A stretch of DNA of 63,208 bases, filler included, from Octopus bimaculoides (taxonomy: Eukaryota): NCBI RefSeq assembly GCF_001194135.2. It is 3 parts of 3 records of this genome, joined end to end, with 100 filler letters (N's around TTAATTAATTAA, not from the genome) between each part and the next. Parts side by side here need not be neighbours in the genome. Positions count along the whole stretch, not along the records: positions 34,223 to 63,208 come from NC_068981.1; 2 more parts are not named here. One strand, 5' to 3'. Each line of letters starts with the position of its first letter. Position 1 is the first letter of the stretch. Below the pieces are notes generated by a model. That model was not told where the DNA came from, did no database searches, and saw only the letters and a list, made by a program, of their open reading frames with translations. Of this stretch, positions 37,429 to 50,359 are shown piece after piece. Both the position numbers and the translations under genes were made by a program.

Positions 37429-39947
37429 AGGTCACAAGTACCTTACAAAGCAACATTAACTCTGTTTTTGATAGTGTAACAACTAATGAAATCCAAACGT
37501 AAGCTTAAACGAATCTTTTTTATGCCTGTGCAAAGAAACTAACTATGAAATACTCATACTTCTTTACTATCGGCAAGTATGGAACGGGATGTAAAACAAA
37601 TTATCAAGTTGAATGGTTCATTGTTTAAATAATGATGTATATGTTTCAAGACCTGTTGTCGATGTTAAAAAGAAAGTGGTTAACCAAACTTGCAATGAAA
37701 AAGCTGTAATAAAAGTGAACGAAACGGAGTATAAACATCTTGGGAAAATGATTTAAATGTTGTGTAATCATTCATTAATAAGAATATAATCTGTAAAAGA
37801 TTCTAAGTTGGCAATATTTTTCTGACATTTTCTCATCCCCTACTGACGCACATCTGTAAATACGAAGGCGGAGAAGTAGTGAGTTTTGTATCAAAATTTT
37901 ATATCTGTGTAACAAAAGCTAGTATTGAAGATCCATGGCAGTGTTAGCCGGAAAGCAGCTACTGTAGATCTTGACAAGGGAAGTCAATTTGAATACGTTT
38001 GAGAATGTAATAAAAGATCGAATACAGATATACTCAATGAACACGATACCATTTTGACAAAAGTGAATGGCTTAAATTTCACAATTTTCATAAACTATTT
38101 TTAATTATAATGCCAAGGGCTTAGATTTACCATAGATAATTTCTGAGGGCATTTCTGAACCCAGCAACATCAAATTAGATAGAACTAATTGTAAGAAAGT
38201 AAAAGAAAAAAATATGTTTTTGAAAAAGTTTACCAGCGTTATCAATACAATAATAAAGCAACTGACAGCACTATTGCTTACAAGCAAACAATACAATTGT
38301 ATTTACCTGGAGAGGAAGCTATAGAAAACACCTGACATGATAGCAGAAAACCAACTGTAGAATTGATATCAGTATGCTATGTTTTGTTTAAATGAAGTGA
38401 AGAAGGAAAATCAAGGAAACAAAATGGTTCCTTTGTCTTATTTGGAGAGAATTTGAACCCAAAGCAAAACGTAACCACAGAAACTCTAAATAAGTTTATA
38501 TCTAATCCGTATAATGAGAAATTGGCAAGCCATCTCGATAGACTTAATTTTTTTCTCCTGTTTCTTAAAAGGTTTTCACAGTGACGTGATCGATGCGATT
38601 TAAAAGGTAGTGTTGAATGAAGTAAAAAATTTAACTTAAGCGTTATGTTACTAAAGATAGTGTGCTTAAAGAATGAGTTATCGCTTCGAAGAAGGATAGT
38701 GCAGACCGTTACGCATATGCTTTATCTGACCATGTTTTTAAATGTATTGAAATGTGGAACTGTGTCAATAAATTAAATGATAAAACTGATGCAAATGTAT
38801 TTAATACAGCAGCACTTTTAAATGGTTTCCAGTCAAAGATTATGGAGATGTATGAATATACGATCCTTATTCATTTCTGTGCTCATCTAATGAATTGAGA
38901 TCTTCCACAGATATACTATTAGAGAAACATGCATGCAATTAAAAGACATGATATTTTTCCTACAATAATTGCACATTTTTTCTCGAAATGATGCAAAAGG
39001 CCACTGGAATAGATGATATTGTTTTTCAAAATTAGCAGCAACTGAATGGAGTTACTCGCTAGGTCTTGTTCATATTATAAGATAGATTTATGATTTTTAC
39101 TCTGCCTTTCTGGTCACAGTACCGAGAATACTGAGGGATAGGATGAGACCTCTATAAATTTTGGAATTGGTCTATTCTAAAATTTGAAACATTCTGATTT
39201 CTTGATTTTAATGATATATATTTCTTCATTGATGTCATATTTAACATACTTCAAACTGAATATACTGGCATTTTGTATTTTACAGAGCAAAGAGATAAAC
39301 AAAAAATAGAATCACGCTAGAAAAGTAGCCGGAAAACTTTTAAATGATTTATGAAATGTTAGCGGGAAATATGGTATAAATGCATTAATTCACATGAAAC
39401 TAATCAGGGATAAATCTACTGCCCCACCCCAACATCAAAGAATGTTCTTCAAAAGATATTGGCAAAATAGTTGACCAATCAAAAGCATGTTATTGATCAT
39501 TAAAGAAGCAACGCTATTAAATATTGCTAAAAAGTACCTATGGATGATTTAAGATCTTTAAAACCCACTTCTGGATATTTTTTTCATGTAGCTGGTTTAC
39601 AGGATGAACTAAATATTTAAACATTTAATGAACATTTTAGAAAGCAAAGTGTAAGGAAATTAACCCATTACATTTTTGTTTGATATTATTGATACCTTCA
39701 ACAAATTATATATCTCTCAAATTTGATTTTCGCAATTGTTTTCATAATACCTTTATAGAGAGGCTGTTTGATGATTTGAACAGAATTATAACTCATCAAA
39801 GAAATGCGACTGGAGAAAATATACTAGCTTTCATGTCAATTGGAGAAAATTTACTCCAACGACTAATTAAAAAAGAATATTTCTATGAAAACGTAACAAA
39901 TATAACTGCCCTAAAAGATCGAAGAATGGAATTCATTTATAAATGAG
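37429..39947 (+). pseudogene. Decayed multi-exon gene remnant, possibly of the death-fold (CARD-like) class
   Basis: Exon-like blocks with splice consensus at 37429-37498 (tttcag/gtaag), 39286-39650 (ttttacag/gtaagg) and 39759-39947 (ctttatag/gtaatt). Frames are mostly open but contain premature stops. Confidence 0.35.
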
Positions 39948-40465
39948 GTAATTAAATAATTATTTTTGCACTGGTGTTTTACATTATGTCTATTAAACAT
40001 CGATTCTCGTGGCCATGTTACGAAAGTAAACAGTTTCACTTAATTAATTAATTTAAGCAAAAATGATTCGGTCCAACCAATACATAGCTATTACATCGGG
40101 AACCACAAAAGCATCGCATAATCAGTACACGCGGTATATATATATATATATGTGTATATATACCATTGGTCTCTTTATCTCATTGTTTTATANNNNNNNN
40201 NNNNNNNNNNNNNNNNNNNNNNNNNNNNNNNNNNNNNNNNNNNNNNNNNNNNNNNNNNNNNNNNNNNNNNNNNNNNNNNNNNNNNNNNNNNNNNNNNNNN
40301 NNNNNNNNNNNNNNNNNNNNNNNNNNNNNNNNNNNNNNNNNNNNNNNNNNNNNNNNNNNNNNNNNNNNNNNNNNNNNNNNNNNNNNNNNNNNNNNNNNNN
40401 NNNNNNNNNNNNNNNNNNNNNNNNNNNNNNNNNNNNNNNNNNNNNNNNNNNNNNNNNNNNNNNNN

Positions 40466-40499
<34 letters not shown>

Positions 40500-40564
40500 G
40501 GTATATATATATATACATAGGTATATTTATATAGATATATATATGTTTATATTGATATATATGT

Positions 40565-42450
40565 ATCATCATCATCATCGTTTAACGTCCACTTTCCATG
40601 CTGGATTGGGTTGGACGGTTTGACTGAGGACTGGCGATCCAGATGGCTACACCAGGATTCAATCTGATCTGACAGAGTTTCCACAGCTGCGCACCCTTCC
40701 TAACGACAATCAGTCCGAGAGCGTGGTGGTTGCTTTTATGTGCCACCGGCATCAGGGCCAGTCAGATGGTACTCGCGACAGCCTAGCTCAAATGGTGTTT
40801 CTTTATATGCAACCTGCACAAGAGCCAGTCCAGCGGCACTGTCAATGACACCGCTCGAATTTTGTTTTTCACCTTCCACCGAAACAAGTGCTAGTAAGGC
40901 GACGCTGGTAATGATCACGGTCGAATGGAATGGTGCTTTTTATGTGCCAGGGTCACGGGAGCCACTCAGCGGCCCTGGCAATGATCACGCTCAGATGGTG
41001 CTTTTAACGTTCCACTGGCACAGATGCCAGTCAGGCGGTGCTGTCATTGGCCACGTCAACGAATTTGAATTTGATAGTGATTTCACTTGCCTCAACAAAT
41101 CTTCGCAAGCAACGCATAAGTAGGCTTGTTACACCGCAGGCATAGGCCACGGGTTATGGTTTTACTTGTCTTGCCGGGTCTTTTCAAGCACAGAATATTT
41201 CCAAATGTTTCTCACAAAATATTTCCAAAGAACCTCTACCACAGATTCCCTCAACTGCTAGGGTGTGACACTTTTTCACACAGCTGTCCTCATCCATTCA
41301 CACCACGTGTTCGCACAATTGCTGTCGTCTCTCTTGCACACCACATCTGATGCTTCTTAGGTCCTACTTTCTCAAGGTGCTTACACTCTGTCGTGTATGC
41401 ACACTGACATTACACATCCAGCGGTGCACACTGGCTTCGTTCCTTGCAAGCTTATGCATATCCTCAGCAGTTAGTGCCCATGTTTCACTGCCATGTAGCT
41501 TGGCTGTTCGTTCACATACGTCATACAGTCTACCTTTTACTCCGAGCCAGAGGCCCGTTATCACTAGCAGAGTTAATAGCTCTCTGAACTTTGCCTTGGT
41601 TATTCTTATTCTTGCAGGTACACTTTCAGAATATCCACACCCGCTGCTGACTTGGTCACTAGGTAACGGAAACTGTCAACTACTACTAGTGTTTCTCTCT
41701 GGAATGTGACAGAAGTTGTTCTCTGCACATGTCCAGTGTTTATTGCTCCTGAGAATCTGCCCCATACGTAAACTATCTTCCCAGTCAGCCTTCCTTTGAT
41801 ATCGCTGCACCTCTTATGTGTCCATATCTTGCACTGGATACATCTTATAGAGTTTCTACCTGCGCCTTTTTCTACAGATCGAGCAGGGCCATCAACATGA
41901 AGGGATTTGTGTTTTGTCTGACTTCCTACTTATTGAGACTTTGGTTTTAGCTAGGTTGACTCTAAGGCCCTTCGATTCTAATCTTTGCTTCCACACCTGA
42001 AACTTATCTAGTTCTGATAGTGACTCAGCAGTTAGAGCAAGATCATCAGCATAGAGGAACTCCCAGGACCATCCTGTCTTGAATTCCTCTGTTATTGCCT
42101 GGAGGACTATGATAAATAGGAGGGGGCTTAGGATGAACCTTGGTGGACACCTACGTCTACTTGGAATTCTTCACTGTATTCATTGTCAACACTCGCCTTA
42201 CTGACAGCGTCCCTGTACATAGTTTACACAGCCCTCACTAACCATTTATCTATCCCTAGTTTCCTCATTGACCACCAGATAAGGGATCAAGGGACCCTGT
42301 CAAAGGCTTTCTCTATATCAACGAAGGTCAGGGACAGGTGTTTATCTAGTAGTCAAGGTTCGCTAATGGGATGGTTACCTTCCCTGTCAGTATATGCAAA
42401 TGTGCTTTCTTGCAGCTCTAAGGGTTTAACTCTTATTTCTAACAATATAG
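40565..42450 (-). mobile_element. 5'-truncated RTE-clade LINE (RT, C-terminus, long 3' UTR, (GAT)n tail)
   Basis: Minus strand FVDIEKAFDRVP (about 42300-42325), GVHQG..LSPLLFIIVLQAITEEFKTGWSWEFLYADDLAL (YADD at 42042-42053), and GSETWAL. It ends GGAAAGTGGACGTTAAACGATGATGATGAT. Frameshifts and stops are present. Confidence 0.92.
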
Positions 42451-42636
42451 GTAGTATCTAGCACACTCAGTCACAATTAGTAAGAATTGAAACTTTACCT
42501 TTTGGTCTTTATATTGCGTATAGCTGGCTTCAGTTTTTTTATGATTTTGACATAGCTCAGCCATAAGTTTATAACTTAAATATATTTACTGATTTAGCCA
42601 AACCAATCTGCGATGGAGTAGCCACTACTGACAAGA

Positions 42637-42670
<34 letters not shown>

Positions 42671-42764
42671 NNNNNNNNNNNNNNNNNNNNNNNNNNNNNN
42701 NNNNNNNNNNNNNNNNNNNNNNNNNNNNNNNNNNNNNNNNNNNNNNNNNNNNNNNNNNNNNNNN

Positions 42765-42781
42765 NNNNNNNNNNNNNNNTA

Positions 42782-42823
<42 letters not shown>

Positions 42824-43010
42824 CGTATATTTGTGTTTGCCTCCGGCGCTGGTTTGTTTTCGCCTGTAACTTCGCGGATCAGCAAAAAGACCAGTACAAT
42901 AATTCCCAGGCTAAAACATGTACTAGAATCGGTCTGTTCGGCCCAAACCTTTCAAGTTGTCGCCCCTACAGGTTCGCAGTCCAATAACTGTTATAAGCAA
43001 AAATATAAAA
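42765..43010 (+). mobile_element. SINE family A 3' half, after an N gap
   Basis: GCTGGTTTGTTTTCGCCTGTAACTTCGCGGATCAGCAAAAAGACCAGTACAATAA parallels the family 3' region. Confidence 0.65.
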
Positions 43011-44574
43011 GATAACTGTAGCTAGTATGTCGATTGATCTTGAAGTGGACCGTTCATTGTCTGTTTTATATTTGAAACGCTTACCCTGATTTGTCTGTGC
43101 TGTTCGACGTAAATAAGTACCAGTCAAATATTAAATTCGATTTTATTGATGCGCCATCCTTCTTCAATATATGGGATGTTCAACCGATATTGGAATATAG
43201 TGTTATTCCGTTCATTTTGTAGTATCTATTCCACACTTACTTGTCATCGTTCATTATTAATAGTACAGCATTACATAAACACATATACAGAATGAATCAT
43301 TGGAAAAAAAATATCGATATATAGCATTTCACAAAAAATGATGTTGTAAAACAAATATTTTATGCTAGATTTTTCATTTAAACAATAGTCTACGAATGAT
43401 GCACAGCCTACTAAACATGATAATGCGTTGGAATTAGTGTCATTAGGATTTCCAAGGGAATTTCGTTGCACATATCTCACACTGATTCATTAACATAAAG
43501 ATACAATTGTTCCCGAGGGTATTATTGTCACAGTTCTGGGTTTTTTTAATTTTTTTATTGTAGCTACTCATCAGCAGAATGATAATCTCTGAAGTGGATA
43601 CGTGTAACTATTAATAAATAGTAGAAGAAAAAAGAAAGAAAATCAGCGTTGATCTACTTGGGCACAGATTATTTACAGGAGCAGGATATTTTGTTGAGTG
43701 TTGATATAGGAAGAGAATTGTAAATGTTGTGGCAGATTAATTTGTAGCTGATTAATTAATATTATAATCGTAGTGGCTCCATTTTGGCGCGGGAGATATT
43801 AACTCGAGGCCTGCTCATTGACTACATACATTATTAACGCGATTAAATTTCAATAGACAGAATGTGGTGTATTTTAATTTGAGTTTATAATATGTGCTTG
43901 TATTAATTCTTGTCATATTTCTAATTGTTATACATTGTGTTCTTAGTGATGCTTAATGTTACTTACCACATATATAGCACTGATATATCATCCACATCAT
44001 TCTGTCCGCGATTTCTTTGTGTTGTTCTTGGTGCATAGTATTAAATTTTCTAGCGCGTCTTTAGAACAATAAACAATTGGTAATTTATCAGCAGTTGAGG
44101 ATTCATTATTCCTTACATTTTCCAGCGATCTATCCAGTGCTTTAAACATCTTCAGTGAAACCACGTGATACATCACAGTATAATCATTTGAGCGCCGCTT
44201 ACGAAACGATCAGTGGCAACAAGTAATGCCAGTTTGCAAGATCAAGTTGATCTGTGGCATATTTTCAATAAAGTTACAGGCAAGCCAAACGTTATTGTGG
44301 CAAAACCTATAGGTTCTTCCAAAGTTTAAGGAAATATAACACTTCAACGAAAACTGCTTACTGTCTTTCCTAGTTTTTCCCACTAATATACATCCAGATC
44401 TATTTTTCTGTTTGAAATTTTATACGCGATTCTATGTGTGGAAATAATCAGGAGGATATCGTTGTTTTTAAAATTATCATACTCTGTATCGATTTTTATC
44501 ATCATAAACTAAAACATTGCTATTTGTAAGATCATGCTGAGCGAGATTACGACTTTGAACGCCTGTATATTTTG

Positions 44575-44725
44575 GGGTAGGCTTTTGAATTCGTCACCGT
44601 ATGATTGTGGTTTCGATTCCTGAACAAGGTGATGTGTTGCATACTTGAGGAAAACACTGTCATGTTACCCCGTTCCACTCAGCTGGCAAAATGAGTAAAC
44701 CCACGACGGACTGACATCTTGTCAA
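44575..44725 (+). mobile_element. Old tRNA-derived SINE with a V-domain-like segment
   Basis: B box GTTTCGATTCC, then CTTGAGGAAAACACT, CCACTCAGCTGGCAAAATGAGTA and CCCACGACGGACTGACATCTTGTCAAGGGG, which resembles the V-SINE CCTGCGATGGACTGGCGxCCTGTCCAGGG motif as recalled. Confidence 0.5.
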
Positions 44726-45482
44726 GGGGCAACATTTATACTTTACAGAATTCGGCAATCATGAATATCATTTGAAGATCATGTTAAGCCGATGGATAAT
44801 ATATTTTAATTACACTAAAGAAGCTTATTGTCGTATGCATGCAACCAAGAATACGCCTCATTATTCTGAAAATGCCAGATGTTTAGATTTGTGTCTTCTT
44901 TGATAAATCTAATCTTGAAAATGCTTAAAGCGTGCGTGCCTGTATTTTAAACGTTTTCTCTATGTTTTATCTCACTCATGTGTACTTCAAATTGTTCACA
45001 TAAACAATTAAAATTTAGCAAATCGTAAAAAAATTATAGCAGTTGCCTACCGCTTCAGAAGTAAACGCATGGAAGATACTGACCCTTATATACTTCCAAT
45101 TAATGGGTCAACAAGTAGCGTCCGAGATCCCTTCTTTATGTTTAAAATATTCATGCCATAACTAAAATGAAAGTGATCATCTCCATACACTACTTCTGTT
45201 ATAAGAGGATACTTCATTTATCTTAAAACTGGGTCTAAACTTTTAAAAAATGATGGCATTCTATTGTCTCTTGTTTTGGATTTGGTGCAAAACAGTAATT
45301 TATTAATGTAGTAAATATATACGCAAACATTCCACGAAGGGAGATAGGATGCATTTTGTTATACAGAAAACTGAAATAATACTCAGCAAGCCTCAGAAGG
45401 TTTTGAAAATTTTCTCTGCAATGAAACTAAATGGTTTTCTTCACCTTAGAAGATATTCTTATAATGATAATTTACTGACAGT

Positions 45483-45832
45483 GGAAGCGCAATGGCTCAG
45501 TGGTTAGGGCAGCGGACTCGCGGTGATAGGATCGCAGTTTCGATTCCCAGGGTGTTTATTGAGCGAAAACACCTAAAGCTCTACGACACTAGACAGGGGA
45601 TGGTGGTGAACCCTGCTGTACTCTTTCACCACAACTTTCTCTTACTTCCTATTTCTGTTGTGCCTATAATTCAAAGGGTCAGCCTTGTCACACTGTGTCA
45701 CGCTGAATATTCCCGAGAACGTGTCTGTGGAGTGCTCAGCCACTTGCACGTTAATTTCACAAGCAGGCTGTTCCGTTGATCGGATTCAACTGGAATCCTC
45801 GACGTCGTAAGCGACGGACTGCCAACAACACA
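45483..45832 (+). mobile_element. tRNA-headed SINE, family D
   Basis: A box TGGCTCAGTGGTT, B box GTTTCGATTCC and a short (AAC)n tail; the body is shared with 12335-12537. Confidence 0.9.
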
Positions 45833-46454
45833 AATTTACTGACTTATTTGAGGCAACACTAAAAATAAATAATGTGATTCATAACTTTATAGTAACAAAG
45901 CATTCAATGAAACAACGTAGTGACCGTCAACAACAACGAAACTATTTTTAATGAGTATGCGCACAATATTAAGATTTCTTGAACATGCTGAAGAAACTGT
46001 GGATACAAATCATTTGTAATAAATGGTTGTGACCTATATTCTCCTCAATGTTTCTAGTTGAAAACACGATCTCACACCCAAAGTGAATATCGAAGATCTA
46101 GGGCGTACTTTTAAAGCATCCTAAGTTTTCTTTTATAGAAAGTTGAATAAGGCTTTTGAAGAAAAGTCGGATATTATAATTCAGGACTGAAAATATGTGT
46201 ATCTCATACACTCACTCTTGCATACATAAGTACATATATATGTGCATATATNNNNNNNNNNNNNNNNNNNNNNNNNNNNNNNNNNNNNNNNNNNNNNNNN
46301 NNNNNNNNNNNNNNNNNNNNNNNNNNNNNNNNNNNNNNNNNNNNNNNNNNNNNNNNNNNNNNNNNNNNNNNNNNNNNNNNNNNNNNNNNNNNNNNNNNNN
46401 NNNNNNNNNNNNNNNNNNNNNNNNNNNNNNNNNNNGTGAGACTCAATGTATTCA

Positions 46455-46724
46455 GTAGGCCGATGTCAGCGCCGTCCGAGTGGCTCCCGTGCCGGTGGCA
46501 CGTAAATAGCACCATCTGAACGTGGTCGATGCTATTCCCCTTGCCCCGTCTGGCTCCTATGTCGGTCGCACGTAAAAAGCACCCACTACATTCTCGGAGT
46601 GGTTGGCGTTAGGAAGGGCATCCAGCTGTAGAAACACTGTCAGATCAGATTGGAGTTTGGCTTACTAGACCCCAGTCAAGCCGTCCAACCCATGCCAGCA
46701 TAAAAAAGCTGACGTTAAATGACG

Positions 46725-46756
<32 letters not shown>

Positions 46757-46757
46757 G
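46455..46757 (+). mobile_element. 3' UTR fragment of the same RTE family as 40565
   Basis: GTGCCGGTGGCACGTAAATAGCACC, CTCGGAGTGGTTGGCGTTAGGAAGGGCATCCAGCTGTAGAAAC, GACGTTAAATGACGATGATGAT. Confidence 0.88.
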
Positions 46758-48329
46758 TTTTTCTTCTTATTTATGGATGTTGCAGTTTGTGTGTGTAATC
46801 TCCCGCGGTGGAAGTGTTGATAATTGCTAGCTCTAGTTGAGTATCGAGGGAGCTCTCTCAATAATACTCCATTGATTTTTCATTCCGGTGGTCACGGAGT
46901 CGCCAGATAATACAGAGTAGGGAGAGGGAGTTTTTCCAATCCTCATACCTCAAAGAGTGCATATGCCGTCTATAAATATACCTTGTAGACATTGGCTATC
47001 ATATTCGAGTAATGCCGTGCAATGGAAGCGGATGTGGGCGAGCCGCGTAGCAAAGTGGTCTAGACGATCCTTTCCATTTTGAAGGGTGGCTTTTTCCTTC
47101 ACTTCAGTGTTTGTGTCGTTATATGCAGAGGTGTTTGTTTTCTTGATATTTTGGTGATTGTATTTGTATCAAGTTTTGTAGTAGTGGAAATCTTCATTTC
47201 AAACATGGTTTTTATTTTCAGACGACGATGTGTAGATTAGGTGACTGTTTCATTCGTGCCATGTAATTGTTTAAAGAGTGCAGAAATGGGTTAATGATGA
47301 TGAAATCTTGTTCAACCTGTCCATTAAGTCAACTTCAAAACTCTCAGCGTACTTCATCTGGGGAAGACAATTTCATGATTTAAAGCCCAACCTAGCTCTG
47401 TGTAGGCAGGTAGACAGATTCTCAAAGCATTATGCCTTCGAACGCATGCGCCAGATGACGCTTTTTTGTTGTCTAGTTGAGGAGCATTAAATAAAGTTCT
47501 CTTATTGGTATTTCGATGTCTTACAAAGAGTACTGTAGATGCTACTCTCCATTATAAACCGTTTATCCGTCGTTTGCGGATGGAGGACAAAAGATTTTGA
47601 AATGTGAACTCACATGAATTGAAAAATGAAACAAAATGTCACTGTACACATTTGATTGGAATTACATGTATTATGTAATAACAATTTGACTCAGTTTCAT
47701 GCAATTTAATATTTCGTTGGATTGTAAAATGAAGCAAACTGGCCAAGTATTAGTAGATCATGTCACAATAAATTAGACAATTTCAAGATGGTTTTCTGAT
47801 TTTAGGCCTGTATTAGTTAAGTTCACATAGTGTAATCGGTTTTCAAATTATATTAGTTCTTATTCTTTGTTCTGACAGCGACGTGGTCTGCCAGGGTGTT
47901 TGTCGATATGATACACGTACTTTCATGCATACATACACATACGCACACACATACACTCACACACACATATGCCCGTGTCGGTATACTTCATATTTAGCGT
48001 TCTAACAAACTAGACACGTATATTGAGCACTCATCTTCTTAGAAAGCTGTACTAAATACGCTGATGTACATAATATATGTATAGTCTAACAAATGTTATG
48101 GGCTGAAGCATGGAACGGGGCAGTGGACGATGCGAAAATAATAAAGCTTATAATCATGAAATCGTAAAATATATAAGGGCATTTCGCACTAATATATACA
48201 AGTTGTTAATATGGTAATGCTAATACTGATTGTAGCAGCAAAACAGAAGCCTTAAAATAATGTTCAAATGTGTAAAATAACATAAGTGATGAAAATTACT
48301 GTCATATTTAAATATCGTTAAGTATTTCG

Positions 48330-49760
48330 TGAATGCTATGTTAATGAACATTATAATATTGAAAAAAAAGGAAAGAGAAGATATTTCTATATTTTTAATG
48401 TCCAGTGGACGTTTATTAAGAAAGTGGATGGCATTTGGACTAACAAATAATAAAATGTTGGATATAAAATGTTATTTAAAAATTAAATATTAATTAATGT
48501 TGTTTAGTTTAACTCTGTAGTGTAGTCTACGTTTTGTAATTTATTTCCTATACGTCTATTATTTCGAGATTATGGAGGAGAGTACATAGTGATGTAAAAC
48601 AAGAGAGTATGTTACAGCAGTAAATAACAACGACAAAGTAAGAAGATAAACGGTGAAGAGATATGTCAGTTAATATTACCTTAAGGAAATACAATATGTG
48701 TGGATATTTAGATAAAATACACTAATGATAAGAATAATATTGAGATAGAAATAATGTAGATATTTGTTCGTTCTTCCTAAGGTAAAATTGACGTTTGAAA
48801 AAGTTGTTGAAAAATATAGAGTTTAAAAACTAAAAGATAAAACAAATCTATAGTGGAGAAATTAAGACTAAATAAATGTTGCAGGGCGAGAAGGTGAAGT
48901 GGATAACTGTTTAAGAAACAATGTTAAAGGTTAAAAAGCGAAAAAAAAAAAATGAAAATAATCTAAGAGATAATAGTTATAGGTAAGACAACATAGGCTA
49001 GAAAGTCACTACGTAAAAGCTGTTTGTTATATACCTGTGGACTAAGTGTTGGGATAATTACGAAGGTGGAAATGAATAAAACAACAAGTTATGAGGAAAA
49101 GGCGGATAGATATGAAGAGGTGTAGAATACAAAAGGAAGAAAAGAAGAATATAAGGAAGAATAGAGACAGATGAGAGAGAAAAGGTTTATGATGAGGATG
49201 ATATGAACGTATGGATAAGAATTCTGTGAGTGCTATATTTCAAAATTAGGTAATGCTAGCAGTTGACTTACAGGGCTATAGGAGTAAAACGAAAGAATTT
49301 GAAAAAAAAGTACTATTATATAAATTGGAAAATTTGAGAGTCGATATAAAAATAAATTAGAACATGTTTGCTGGAAAAATGGGAGACAGGAAAAAGTAGA
49401 ATTTTTTTAAATAACGAGGTTATAAAGTAGAGTGATCGATGGCACAGATTACAGAGTTAAAGTGGTTGTAACAGGTAAAAGAATAAGCTAGAGATAAGCT
49501 AAAATATAATTTTTTTAAATGTGAAATAATTAATAATTCTATAAAATATAACATTGTGCAAAAAATATTTATTATGAAGATAATAATAATAGTTCTAAGC
49601 AAGAAGGATGAGTTCTATTCTTTTGTGGTGGTGGCAGTGGTGGTGGTAGTGATTGTGGACTTTAGAATGGTTATGAGAAAATAAGGTAAAGCATATTTAA
49701 GAAATGCGTGAAGTAAATGTTATTAGAGGCAGTGAAAGGATTTGAAGTATGCATACGGTT
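48330..49760 (+). mobile_element. Possible very old LINE remnant (A/G-rich, strand-biased)
   Basis: Strong purine bias with only faint endonuclease-like peptides such as RVDIK and GTDYRVKVVV; not assignable. Confidence 0.25.
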
Positions 49761-50082
49761 TTAAATATCATGAGCGTATGTAAACAACGACTTCGGATGT
49801 CTGTTTAAATGAAGTTTTCTAAGCTACTAGCATATGAAAGCATTCTTTGTGAAATCCACAAATATTTCTATCTCCAATGTAGTGTTAGGCTCTTTTTAAA
49901 ATATCTTAGCTTCGGCTTCTTGGTGCATACTTGGTTTTCAGACGAAAATATGGCTTCTGATAGTCGTAGTTTTTCTATATGTTCAAAACGTAACCTGTGC
50001 CGGCTTTATCTTGCCGTGGAGCTGATAATGTGTAAGATAGATTTCATTGGTTTACTTGGCAATATATATTTACATGTATAAA

Positions 50083-50358
50083 GCGGCGAGCTGGCAGAAA
50101 TGTTAGCACGCCGGGCGAAATACTTACCGGTATTTCGTCTGTCTTTATGTTCTGAGTTCAAATTCCACCGAGGTCGACATTGCCTTTCATCCTTTCGGGG
50201 TCGATAAATTAAGTACCAGTTACGCACTGGGGTCCATGTAATCGACTTAATCCCATTGCTTGTCCTTGTTTGTCCCCTCTATGTTTAGCCTCTAGTGGGC
50301 AATAAAGAAATAAGAAACGTTAGCAAGCCGGGTGAAATGCTTGGCGGTATTTCGTCTC
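50083..50358 (+). mobile_element. SINE family B, well preserved, followed by a second truncated head
   Basis: GCGGCGAGCTGGCAGAAATGTTAGCACGCCGGGCGAAATACTTACCGGTATTTCG...GAGTTCAAATTCCACCGAGGTCGAC...GGCAATAAAGAAATAAGAAACGTTAGCAAGCCGGG. Confidence 0.9.
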
Positions 50359-50359
50359 C

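Noticed and set aside
44255-44320. NB-ARC GLPL motif in minus-strand ITFGLPVTLLKI
   Set aside because: It is one short match with no Walker A or B motif nearby.
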